64,000 nucleotides of DNA, from NCBI GenBank assembly GCA_965140445.1, contig OZ223236.1, positions 1,536,001-1,600,000 of the forward strand. Direction: 5' to 3'. The notes below the pieces were generated by a model. The model saw only the letters and a list, made by a program, of their open reading frames with translations, had not been told where the DNA came from and did not search any database. The translations under genes and the position numbers were made by a program. This document shows positions 10,009-19,191 of the stretch, one piece after another. Source of the DNA: Candidatus Ozemobacteraceae bacterium. Its GTDB lineage: Bacteria; Muiribacteriota; Ozemobacteria; Ozemobacterales; Ozemobacteraceae. Positions within the stretch are counted from its first letter, which is position 1; each line of letters opens with the position of its first letter.

Positions 10009-11112
10009 TTATTTACCAAATAGCATTTCAAACTTTTCTATCAAAGTGTCTCTGTCATTTTCTCTGTCTAAAAGCAGGAAATGAAAATACTTCAGGTGGT
10101 CGTTTATTTTATCTGAAGACATTGGTTTATTGATGGTTTTTGAGCTTTCAGCAATCGATGGCTGATTGCTATTTATTATTAATGCCTGTCGTAGTGCTGT
10201 TTGCATTTGTTCCAGCTTATTTTGCAGGCTATCAAGTCCTGGTGATGAAGTGCTGAAATTTTGGATTTTGGAAACAAGAGTGGAGTAAGGGGAGCTGATA
10301 TCATCTTTTAAACATGCTTTTAATGGTTCTATAAAGAATATAGCCTTCCCTTTGTGTGACTTTTTGGTGGCAAAAAGAAGATTGATTGTTGCCGATCTTG
10401 CAATTTCAGGAAGCTCAAAATCAATGCTTTCTCCACGTTTTAAGAACTTTTTAAAGACTTTGTTTATGGTATTTTCCTTATCTCCATTATTATATTTAAC
10501 TGTTAATGTTTCCAGATATACATCGCGATTTTGTGAAAATAGACCATTTTTGGTTGGAGAGTAGATGTGTATCCTGAAGATTGGCTCTTCAAGGGTTCTT
10601 GTATAGTTTTGGAACTGGCCGATCTCATGTTTTGCCGTTAATTTTTGCTTTTCAACTGTGGCGTATTTTTCTTTTGAGTAACTTGCATATTTGTATCCAT
10701 CTTGTGTTGGAACTCTAAGTTTATGAAGAAGTGAAGAAAGATTTTCCTGAATAGAATCAAGCTTGTATGAATTCACAGAAGGCCATGAAAAGCAGTTTAC
10801 GATTAAGGTTCTTTCTTTATCACTGGTTATGTACGGTTTTAAAACATCTAAAAGAGAAGCTTTCGGAGAATTAGAGTCGGTAAGCTTATAAATTAGAGTT
10901 GGATTTTTTGAGACAAAGTCTTTTCCGGCATGTTTTTCAAGGAAGTCTGTGAGTAAAATTCGCCGTTTATATTTCAAGTCTTTTAGTTCAATTTGTAAAT
11001 CGCTGCAACTTTCTGAAACCTGGGTAATTTCTGGAACCATATTCTCCGCTGAGCAGATTGGGCTCCATAACGTTGTTATCACAAGAAATAAGGCAAAAAT
11101 AAGCTTTTTCAT
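10009..11112 (-). CDS. secreted hypothetical protein
   Basis: Likely start MKKLIFALFLV (ATG 11112, GGAG upstream); signal peptide. Confidence 0.7.
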   Translation of the reverse strand: MKKLIFALFLVITTLWSPICSAENMVPEITQVSESCSDLQIELKDLKYKRRILLTDFLEKHAGKDFVSKNPTLIYKLTDSNSPKASLLDVLKPYITSDKERTLIVNCFSWPSVNSYKLDSIQENLSSLLHKLRVPTQDGYKYASYSKEKYATVEKQKLTAKHEIGQFQNYTRTLEEPIFRIHIYSPTKNGLFSQNRDVYLETLTVKYNNGDKENTINKVFKKFLKRGESIDFELPEIARSATINLLFATKKSHKGKAIFFIEPLKACLKDDISSPYSTLVSKIQNFSTSSPGLDSLQNKLEQMQTALRQALIINSNQPSIAESSKTINKPMSSDKINDHLKYFHFLLLDRENDRDTLIEKFEMLFGK

Positions 11113-11199
11113 TAGGTCTCCGCTAAATAAAATCAGTGTTTGAGAGAGTCTAATTGAAAATAGCTCAGTTATCAAATTTCAAGCATTAAACTAAAAAAG

Positions 11200-11241
11200 A
11201 AAACAGTCTTCAACTGCTGATTTGCAGATGAAGACTGTTTT
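11200..11241 (-). terminator. intrinsic terminator
   Basis: AAAACAGTCTTCA...TGAAGACTGTTTT long hairpin. Confidence 0.7.
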
Positions 11242-11256
11242 GTATCAGTTCTATGG

Positions 11257-13884
11257 CTATTTTTTTATTTTTTCGCCAAAGTTTTCCAGGAAGATCATTG
11301 CTGCTTTTCCAAGCTTGTTTCCCTTTTCAGATGCCTGCTTTAATAAAGCTTTGGTTATATTTAAAAGAGTCTTTTTCTGGTCACTAAAGTCGATCTGGAA
11401 AACCGCGTCAACCTTTTTGCCGTTTATTATGGCTTTGGCATAGAATTTGGGGGATTTGTCTTTTTTCGCATCCTTTAATGATGCCCTATAGCCAATCTCT
11501 TCTATTTTAAATTTCTTTCCGAAGTTTTTAACATCTTTGGCAAAATCTGAAGTTTTTTTGGCAACTTCCTGGAGATTGTCATATTTTTCTGATGTAGCTT
11601 TCAATGTGTTTTGAGCAGCTTCAAGGGCTTTTTTTGCAACGTCTTTGAGTGATTTTGCAGCTTTATCAAGGTTCTTTTCAGACATCAGCTTTTCGAGTTG
11701 TTCGATTGCGAATTTTTTTGATGCTTTTAAGCTTTTAAGATAAGTAATTTGTGTGTTAAGAGAGGCTTTCTTTGTCATCTGGTGCCACTTTAGTTTGTCT
11801 TTAGCTTTTTCTTTGGCCTTAATTTTTTTATTGTAGGTTTTAATTTTATCTTTGGCTCTGGAGATTTTATCTGAGATTTTCTTAACCTGCTTTTTGAACT
11901 CATCTATCCCTTTGTTGGCTTCTTCTTCAGCTTCTTTTAAATCTGCTCTGGCTTCTTTGAGGTCATCACCAACTTCATTTATGGCCTCGTCGAGATTTGC
12001 GACAGCATCTTCAAACAACTCTGTGGCAAACTTTACCGCATCGTCAGAAAAGTTCTCCGACATTTTTATGTGAAGATCGAATTCCGGCTTTTTAAAGTTT
12101 GCTGCTCCTTTTAGTTTGAAAGTTGCTTTATAGATGTCAAAGTAGGTTGTCTTGTAAAGGCCATCAAATGTGGTTGGAGTTATTGAAAGCTGCAATTCTT
12201 CGGCTCTATTAGTGAACTGGGGAAGAAATTCCATTTTGCCTGTGAAGGTAAGATGGCTATTTACAAGTCCCATGTACATATCCATAAAAACACCATCATC
12301 TTTGGTTCCTTTTTTCCCGTCAGGACCATAGCCCGTAATTGTAAGGATTGGGCCAGCTTTAATCTCTTTAATCCAGCATTGTGCCATGAAGCCAGTTATT
12401 GGAATCAGCTCTTTTTGTTTTGGATGAGTTGTTCTAACCTTTGCAAATCCCAAAAGAGTTTTTCCATAGAATAGTCGACCAGCAAAAGTGAGTCCTGCGT
12501 TTATAGCCAGGTCTCTATCGTCTTTTGCCGCAACTGAAAAAACAACATCTTCCAGGTGAAGTTTTTCAACTGGTATGTTTACTGATTTAGCTTTATCACC
12601 AGTGCATTTTAAAAGTAGGTCCAGAAGGTTTCCAAAGGGAATCTTACTGGCTTTACCCATCATTGCTGTTTCTATGATGTTGTATTTCGTTGGGATTTTG
12701 CCTGCAATTGCAAGCTTTATATCACCAATGTCAACACGTCCACCAAGACCAATAACGAGGTCACCCGCCTTAAGTGGAACCTCACCTTTTAAAACCAGAT
12801 CATAAATGTCGAAATTTTTAATATTGAAAGCGTTTTGCCATAAGCCACGAAGGCTTGCTAATAAAACAGCACTGCCTTTGTTTGGTTCTTTCATCTCTCC
12901 ACTTTTAAAAGCTTCTGCCGCAGTGGCAGCCGCTGCAGCAAGAACCTCTGCTTCCGGGGTTCCTGCTGGTTTTGAAGAAGGAACGCCTTTTAGGATCGGT
13001 AAGCTTACCTGGCAAATGCCCTGCATAGAATCTTTATTCGGTGGTAAATCCAGGTTTAGCTCCATTCCAAGTCCAATTTCTGATACACCGACAAAGAAAT
13101 ATGGAACTGCGGATTTGAATGATTTTGGCATAAAACTTGGTTTGAAACCATCACCAAGTGCTACTTTTACAAAAATCTGGGTGTAATCCGGGCACAGGAA
13201 AACGGTAGAAACCAGATCTAATTTATCCAGCTTCACTTTTTTTGCAAACTCTCTTACAGCTTTGGTTTTGGAGCCTTTTGGCTGTAGATTTAATGTGGTG
13301 GTAAGGGTAAAGCCATCTTGAAGACTCAGAACGAAGTCTTTTCCCAATACTCTCTGGAAAAACTTAGCGGCTTCTTTAGGCATCATATCAGCAGTAAGAG
13401 TCTGGGTTGAATTGCTGTGTGTAAAAATGGATTTCCCCGAAAGGAGTTCTTGAAGAATGCCTTTATCCATTTTTTTGTAAAAATCGCCAATTCCAGATGC
13501 GTCGAAGTAAACTGAGATAGTTCCGAAAATACTTTTTTGGTCTCTAACATTTGCCACGTCAGGTAAAATGGAAATTAAAATGTCTCCATCTTTGCCTTTG
13601 AGTTGTTCGAATTCAATTGGAAGCTTTCCGCGACCGGTAATGAAAATCAGGTCCTTGTTTTTTGGGGAAACAAGATACTCAGCCTCTTTTACAACTATTT
13701 GCCCTGCTGGTGCAACTTTAAACAGGTCAAAGTCAGCCAGTTTAATTTCGCCTTTATCTTTAATTGTGTTCTGAATATCCTTTTTCAGTTGCTGATAATC
13801 AAATGCGAAAACTGCATTTGGCAGCGCCAAGGCAAAACATAAAAAAGCCGTCGCAAAAAAATTGGTAAAAGAAAATCGCTTCAT
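11257..13884 (-). CDS. large secreted protein, beta-rich body with C-terminal coiled coil
   Basis: 875 aa, GGAGGA RBS, signal peptide, Lys/Ala-rich heptads near the C-terminus. Confidence 0.8.
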   Translation of the reverse strand: MKRFSFTNFFATAFLCFALALPNAVFAFDYQQLKKDIQNTIKDKGEIKLADFDLFKVAPAGQIVVKEAEYLVSPKNKDLIFITGRGKLPIEFEQLKGKDGDILISILPDVANVRDQKSIFGTISVYFDASGIGDFYKKMDKGILQELLSGKSIFTHSNSTQTLTADMMPKEAAKFFQRVLGKDFVLSLQDGFTLTTTLNLQPKGSKTKAVREFAKKVKLDKLDLVSTVFLCPDYTQIFVKVALGDGFKPSFMPKSFKSAVPYFFVGVSEIGLGMELNLDLPPNKDSMQGICQVSLPILKGVPSSKPAGTPEAEVLAAAAATAAEAFKSGEMKEPNKGSAVLLASLRGLWQNAFNIKNFDIYDLVLKGEVPLKAGDLVIGLGGRVDIGDIKLAIAGKIPTKYNIIETAMMGKASKIPFGNLLDLLLKCTGDKAKSVNIPVEKLHLEDVVFSVAAKDDRDLAINAGLTFAGRLFYGKTLLGFAKVRTTHPKQKELIPITGFMAQCWIKEIKAGPILTITGYGPDGKKGTKDDGVFMDMYMGLVNSHLTFTGKMEFLPQFTNRAEELQLSITPTTFDGLYKTTYFDIYKATFKLKGAANFKKPEFDLHIKMSENFSDDAVKFATELFEDAVANLDEAINEVGDDLKEARADLKEAEEEANKGIDEFKKQVKKISDKISRAKDKIKTYNKKIKAKEKAKDKLKWHQMTKKASLNTQITYLKSLKASKKFAIEQLEKLMSEKNLDKAAKSLKDVAKKALEAAQNTLKATSEKYDNLQEVAKKTSDFAKDVKNFGKKFKIEEIGYRASLKDAKKDKSPKFYAKAIINGKKVDAVFQIDFSDQKKTLLNITKALLKQASEKGNKLGKAAMIFLENFGEKIKK

Positions 13885-14078
13885 TGTTCCTCCAAAAATT
13901 CTACAGAAAATCTCTCAAACAATTTGGAGTAGTGTGTGTAAGTTGCTGATTAAGTGACCCTCAAAAGGTTAAAAAAAGCTTTCTGTAATTTATGGGTAAA
14001 TGATAAATCGGTATTACTTTTTATGTCAACTTTTGATTGGACCGATTTATGTCTCTTAAGACGATTTGGAGACGCTTT

Positions 14079-14924
14079 TTATTTCTTTTGGTCAAGCATT
14101 TTGCACAGGCGCTGGCGAAAATCTCCTGGAGGCAAGTCCAGTTTTTCATCTGACAAAACCGCTGAAATACAGCCTTGATATCTTGGAACAATTGCACCTT
14201 CCTCTATTGATTGCCAATAAATTTCAGGATTCTCTGATATTATTCCTGTTAGCGCGTTTATTCCTGCATCTAGCAACATTCTATGCATTGGCACTGTTGG
14301 CCCCAGCATCATTTTCCATGCTTGCGGTGCTGCCTTTAAAATTCCTGGAAGAGTGTCATTGAGTAGAGTCACGCCAGTAATAATTGCCACGTCGCATTCT
14401 CCGAGCCATGCAAATCCAGCTTCTTCGCTGAGGTCATCTTCTACCGGCCTTTTTTCTATAATATGAAATTCTCCAGCCCATTTTTTTATTTCCGGAGCAA
14501 ATGGAAAATGACCAATCATTGCAACTTTTGCTCCAGCAAATCTTTTGCTCATATAAGCGAGTATGTCTCCATACTGCCATAATGAACTTCTGGTATTTAT
14601 CATTGAGTTTAACGCAGCCATTCCAACGCTGCGTTCGAGAGGGGCCTCTGACTTAAGTCTTTGAACAATTGCCTTTACTGAAGCTCCCCTGATTTTACCT
14701 GCATCTTCGATTTCACAACAAAGATGGGCGGCAGCTTCCATTTCCCGCCAGGTATAAGCACACCCGACACTGTTCGAATGCAGAGCTACCATATAAACTC
14801 CCGCCATTAAACGTTTTACTTCAGTATCAGGTAAATCGTTTGCTATGGCAGCAAGGCTGGCTCGAAATTCTTTTCCACTTTTAAATTGAATGTTTTTTTT
14901 TAAGCGATTGCTATCTGCTACCAT
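14079..14924 (-). CDS. DUF364 (putative heavy-metal chelation, Rossmann-like) protein
   Basis: ERSVGMAALNS, KVAMIGHFP, CDVAIITGVTLLNDTL, MLGPTVP. Confidence 0.85.
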   Translation of the reverse strand: MVADSNRLKKNIQFKSGKEFRASLAAIANDLPDTEVKRLMAGVYMVALHSNSVGCAYTWREMEAAAHLCCEIEDAGKIRGASVKAIVQRLKSEAPLERSVGMAALNSMINTRSSLWQYGDILAYMSKRFAGAKVAMIGHFPFAPEIKKWAGEFHIIEKRPVEDDLSEEAGFAWLGECDVAIITGVTLLNDTLPGILKAAPQAWKMMLGPTVPMHRMLLDAGINALTGIISENPEIYWQSIEEGAIVPRYQGCISAVLSDEKLDLPPGDFRQRLCKMLDQKK

Positions 14925-15208
14925 GATAAAAAATTTCCTTTGGATGCAGCATCTTTGTCTGTTTCAATTTCTCTTTTTTTTATTTCGGCTGTCAAAACAC
15001 TTGGCTTGTATGCGCTTCCAAGTAATTTTTTAGTTATTACTGGTAACACTATTGTTGTGAATAATCCTAAGATTGGCTTCCAATAAGAAAAAATAAATCT
15101 AAGTACTATTACAGATAAATCATCTTTTGCGATTCCTGAGCAGGGACCTTTCCCCCGACCGCTTCCAGCACCCTGACCAAATGGGCCAGTTCCATCAATA
15201 CGTGGCAT
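14918..15208 (-). CDS. DUF5320-like small protein
   Basis: MPRIDGTGPFGQGAGSGRGKGPC N-terminus. Confidence 0.75.
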   Translation of the reverse strand: MPRIDGTGPFGQGAGSGRGKGPCSGIAKDDLSVIVLRFIFSYWKPILGLFTTIVLPVITKKLLGSAYKPSVLTAEIKKREIETDKDAASKGNFLSW

Positions 15209-15637
15209 AAAATTCCCTCTGCTTTAGAATTTGAGCTAAATAGCCTTGAAGTATTATAAAGAAACACTAAAAATAAATCAATTATTATTTCTGGCATATG
15301 CTTATAACTAAGATTTGGAATTGCCATATTTGACGCTTTTGGATACAACCGCTATTTACATTGGTAGATAGTTAGTTCTGATCTGAAATTAAGTGAAGGG
15401 ACCATAAAGACTTGTAAATAAAATATCAATGATCTTGCTATCTTCAGTGAAATTGGCTCACAATTTTCTTTGTTTTCAATCTAGATTGAACCGAATTTAG
15501 GAATTATTACAACGTTCGTTGGAAAATAGTCGAAAATAAGCGCATTTCTCTTATAGATTTAGGAAAATTACCATGATCGTGGTAAAAAAACTGTAAATAA
15601 ATGTTGAGTTTGCCACTGCTTGAAAATTACCTAAAAC

Positions 15638-15666
15638 AAAAAAACCGCCTTATCAGCGGTTTTTTT
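15638..15666. terminator. terminator downstream of tRNA-Gln
   Basis: A7-CCGC...GCGG-T7. Confidence 0.7.
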
Positions 15667-15675
15667 GTGCTTCGG

Positions 15676-15746
15676 CTGGGGCGCAGGGACTCGAACCCCA
15701 ATAGGCAATTCCAGAGACTGCAGTCCTACCATTAGACGACGCCCCA
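15676..15746 (-). tRNA. tRNA-Gln(CTG)
   Basis: TGGGGCG acceptor stem, anticodon arm GCAGT-CT-CTG-GA-ATTGC, GGTTCGAGTCC T-arm; followed by CCG, not CCA. Confidence 0.95.
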
Positions 15747-15872
15747 AAGCGTGTGAAATTAAAATACAATTATTTTTTTATTAAGTCAATAGAAAATTTG
15801 GAAAAAATTATGGCTTATAGGTGGTGATAGTTGGGGTTGCAGTTGAAGCGAGAAAGAGAAAGGGCAGGGGGC

Positions 15873-17072
15873 TTAGCTTTTTTTCGTGCTTCTGCCGAGT
15901 CCGATCTGGTTTTCCCACCAGCCATCAAGGTGACCACCGGCAGCCAACTTGCGTAATCTGGCGTGTATTTCTGGTTCGATTGGGCTTTGGTCGAAGTCTT
16001 GCCATGCGGTTCCCGGGATGGACATGAAAGCGTGCATGTGAATTTTCATTCCATATTTTTTTACCATGCTTTCCATGAAATTGAGTAGCTCTATACGATC
16101 TTCGGGAGTTTCGCCGGGGTTTCCGATGATGAAATCCACGTGGGGTTTGTAGCCATATTCACTTATGAGGGAAATGGCATTTATGGCTTGCTTTACGTCG
16201 TGGCCGCGGTTCATTTTTTTCAGCATGGCATCGCTTCCGGATTGGACGCCCATAACAATGGTTTTGTTAACGGCAAATTGGGAGACAATATCCATTACTT
16301 CACGGGTGACGAAGTCGGGGCGAACCTCTCCCGGGAAGCTGCCGAATTGGATTTCGGGGACGCCAAAGTCCTTTACGGCTTGAAGGAGGTTCTTTAGTGC
16401 TTTGAGATTGGGTTCTCGGCCATAGGCTCCATAGCCAAAGGCGTTGGGAGCAAGAAATTTGATACGTTTGCGCTTGGTCTTGATGCTGTAATAGCCTTCG
16501 AGAATCTTTAAAATAGCATCAATGCTTCTATGCTGTAGACGGCCTTTGCAAAGACGCGGAACGGCGCAATACATGCAGCCAAAGTTGCATCCACGGGTTA
16601 TTTCGATGGGTGGAATATAATCTATGGATTTATGATATCCAGGAAAATCATTTAAAATTATCTCGTCATCTGACTGATAGATAATGCCTTTTTTCAGTTT
16701 GTTATCCAGCCAGCTGGCTAAAATTTTGGGGAAGTCCACTTCGCCATGGCCGGAAAAAACATAGTCGAAACCCATTTCAGCAGTATTTTGTGGCGAAGCT
16801 GTGGCCTGTGGTCCTCCTGCCATAAACTCAATGTTCAGGTCCAATGCTCTGAGTTCCTGTATCTCTTCAGTGATTTGAGGAATGTGCATGAGCATAAACG
16901 AATGTATGTATAGAACCTTGCTGCTTAGCTGGTCTGTTGGCAGAGGATCGGTGCTGACCCAGAAAATTATGTCCAGTTGATCGAGAATCTTTTCTGGCGT
17001 TGCTCCAAGAAGAGCTCCCATGCTTACTTTATTGTAGTTTTGAATTCGTATAAGTAGTGTTGGCTTGTTCAT
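15873..17072 (-). CDS. B12-binding domain/radical SAM protein (TIGR04013-like)
   Basis: IEITRGCNFGCMYC CxxxCxxC; GGPQAT; GSFPGEVRPD; GVQSGS. Confidence 0.85.
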   Translation of the reverse strand: MNKPTLLIRIQNYNKVSMGALLGATPEKILDQLDIIFWVSTDPLPTDQLSSKVLYIHSFMLMHIPQITEEIQELRALDLNIEFMAGGPQATASPQNTAEMGFDYVFSGHGEVDFPKILASWLDNKLKKGIIYQSDDEIILNDFPGYHKSIDYIPPIEITRGCNFGCMYCAVPRLCKGRLQHRSIDAILKILEGYYSIKTKRKRIKFLAPNAFGYGAYGREPNLKALKNLLQAVKDFGVPEIQFGSFPGEVRPDFVTREVMDIVSQFAVNKTIVMGVQSGSDAMLKKMNRGHDVKQAINAISLISEYGYKPHVDFIIGNPGETPEDRIELLNFMESMVKKYGMKIHMHAFMSIPGTAWQDFDQSPIEPEIHARLRKLAAGGHLDGWWENQIGLGRSTKKS

Positions 17073-17172
17073 AGTTAATTAATTGGCAATTGAATGCTGG
17101 TATTTTAGCACTTTGTATTCCCAACAGAAAGAAAAAACTCTCAGGTAGATGGGTTTCCCATGCCTTCGCGTT

Positions 17173-17188
17173 TGGTACAGGAATTGCT
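17173..17188 (+). promoter_or_regulatory. putative sigma-54 promoter
   Basis: TGGTAC-AGGAA-TTGCT matches TGGCAC-N5-TTGCW, 37 nt upstream of ATG 17226. Confidence 0.6.
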
Positions 17189-17225
17189 TAAATTAGTTGC
17201 GAAAAGAGTTTAACGCGAGGCAGAC

Positions 17226-17765
17226 ATGAAAAATCTTAAGACAATCTACGTTCTTTGCCTTTTTTTCGCCATGTTGGTTTCAACGGCGAATTGCTCTGTT
17301 ATTGATGAATTGATCCAGATCTCACATGAAGGATGCCAGCTTCAGCAAAAGTCCATGGAGGAAGCTGTTCCCAAAGAGTGTAAATTATTTGCCAGAGAAA
17401 CATCCCTTATAAGTAAGCTTTTTGATTCAAATAAAGAATTGGAGAAGGTTGAAAGTAAGGTTGAAAAGTTAGGCTCAGCTGTTTTTGAACGTTTGATTAA
17501 TAGGGCCAGATTTGAGGCTAATCATGGTAAAAAGGAACTGGCCGGATATGTAGAACTATGGGAAAAAGCTCGTGACAAAGTTTCCCAAAATTCAGTTAAA
17601 CCAGAAAAGATTGGGCGCGTTTATGGCGTAGAATTAAACCTTAGTGATGGTGAATGGAATTTTACCGCCGATGGAAAGAGGTTTTGGGCCAGCAATCAAT
17701 TTCCCGATATTATATTGACTCCTACCGAGTATAGAAGCGTAATGCAGACAGTCTCTAAAGAGTAA
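17226..17765 (+). CDS. secreted hypothetical protein
   Basis: GAGG RBS, signal peptide, helical body. Confidence 0.7.
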   Translation: MKNLKTIYVLCLFFAMLVSTANCSVIDELIQISHEGCQLQQKSMEEAVPKECKLFARETSLISKLFDSNKELEKVESKVEKLGSAVFERLINRARFEANHGKKELAGYVELWEKARDKVSQNSVKPEKIGRVYGVELNLSDGEWNFTADGKRFWASNQFPDIILTPTEYRSVMQTVSKE

Positions 17766-17767
17766 TT

Positions 17768-17805
17768 AAAAAAAAGCCTGAGCACAAAAGCTCAGGCTTT
17801 TTTTT
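17768..17805. terminator. bidirectional intrinsic terminator
   Basis: A8-GCCTGAGC...GCTCAGGC-T8. Confidence 0.9.
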
Positions 17806-18661
17806 ATTTCCAATCCCTGTATGGGATCTGTGAACTTTTCACTCGCACACCGTGCAATTTTTGTGAAGTCAGGAAAATTTCCAGGCTGTTTAAAGCTAAT
17901 TCCATGTGGGGCGAAGGGCCAACAACAATTTTTTTGATACTTTGGCCCGATTCTTTATCTTCAATTGGAAAGTTATAATAGGGCATAAGTGCATATTGAC
18001 CAGGTCGAAAGGCAAAGCGGTCAGATTTTGGCGAAATAGTCGAAGAAACCAGGCGCCATTCTTTTTCTTCTGAGAAGCTGGCGTCTTTTAATACTGGTGC
18101 CAGCTGACAAACCGCCAGGTCTACTTTTTCAAAAAGAACTTTGTCTTCAACAGAGTTGTCTGAGAATTCCTGACACCATGAATCTATAAGATATTCTACG
18201 AGCTCACTCTGCACAGCTGTGGAATATACGCAAGGCCAGAGCACAAAGTTTTCTTTTTTTGCTATCTTGGTTAGTTTATCTCTGTCAAAGCCTATAGCAT
18301 AGCCTTTTCCATGGGCTCCATAGCCACGCCATTGACTTAATAGATCCCCTGCTTCGCAGAAAGAGGCGATACAGATGTGACTTTGATCAATCAGAGGGAG
18401 GTAGGAGGTTATTCTTTTAAGTAGTGCTCTAAGCTCTGGTGTCTGCGCTTTTCCAATCTGGCGATCCAGATGGAGCCGCAATAGCTGGAAAGTCAGGAAA
18501 ATCTCATTCTTGTCATTCATGAAAAGAACCTGAGTTGCCCACATCTGGCGCATTTCCATGATCCCAAGAATTCCTTTTTGGGTGGTGTAATGAAAAATAG
18601 TTTCTGGTGGTTTTTCTGGAAACACTTTTTTATATAAATACTTTTCAAATTTATCTGACAT
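17804..18661 (-). CDS. DUF2971 domain protein
   Basis: IFHYTT, MNDKNE, SFCEAGDLLSQWRGYG, GYAIGF, KDASFSEEKEWRL, IVVGPS. Confidence 0.85.
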   Translation of the reverse strand: MSDKFEKYLYKKVFPEKPPETIFHYTTQKGILGIMEMRQMWATQVLFMNDKNEIFLTFQLLRLHLDRQIGKAQTPELRALLKRITSYLPLIDQSHICIASFCEAGDLLSQWRGYGAHGKGYAIGFDRDKLTKIAKKENFVLWPCVYSTAVQSELVEYLIDSWCQEFSDNSVEDKVLFEKVDLAVCQLAPVLKDASFSEEKEWRLVSSTISPKSDRFAFRPGQYALMPYYNFPIEDKESGQSIKKIVVGPSPHMELALNSLEIFLTSQKLHGVRVKSSQIPYRDWK

Positions 18662-18767
18662 TTTGGCTCCAGTATTGTTGTTTCAATTAGTTTAATCAGC
18701 TCTATTTTAGCGTTCAATCTTAAAAATGCAAATTTTGAAAAAAAATAAAAAAAAGTTAAAAATATAC

Positions 18768-18796
18768 TTGACTCGTAAGCTGACATGATATATACT
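18768..18796 (+). promoter_or_regulatory. sigma-70 promoter of tRNA-Leu
   Basis: TTGACT-N17-TATACT with A-rich UP element upstream. Confidence 0.8.
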
Positions 18797-18811
18797 CATT
18801 TCTACCAAATC

Positions 18812-18893
18812 GCCGGGATGGTGGAATTGGTAGACACGCACGTTTGAGGGGCGTGTGGCGCGAGTCATGCGGGTTCAAGTCCCGCTCCCGGCA
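18812..18893 (+). tRNA. tRNA-Leu(GAG)
   Basis: GCCGGGA acceptor stem, GGTGGAATTGGTAGACAC D-arm, CACGT-TT-GAG-GG-GCGTG anticodon arm, long variable arm, GGTTCAAGTCC; followed by CCG. Confidence 0.95.
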
Positions 18894-18896
18894 CCG

Positions 18897-18929
18897 AAAA
18901 GGCTTCTGAAGCAATTCAGAGGCCTTTTT
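18897..18929 (+). terminator. terminator after tRNA-Leu
   Basis: AAAAGGCTTCTGAA...TTCAGAGGCCTTTT. Confidence 0.8.
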
Positions 18930-19191
18930 CGATTTTAGGCAGAATTGAAGTGATCAAATTAAGCATTTATGGCCAATGAAAACCCTATGTCAGGCGACTC
19001 TGGGAAATAGGAAAATTTGAACCGAGAAAGCTTTCTGGGTATTGCTTTGTTTGCTGATTTTGGGTGGGATTGTTTCGCAACTTGTAGCTATTTAAAAAAC
19101 TTCATGTGGCGAATTCTTAATTGTCTTGGCGATAACATGGAAAATGTAGCAGCTGGTATTGAGATTTCAATACCAGCTGTTGATTATTAAA

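Noticed and set aside
15209..15637. 430-nt gap and 79-aa ORF 15109-15348
   Set aside because: ORF overlaps the DUF5320 gene out of frame with no support; no RNA family recognised
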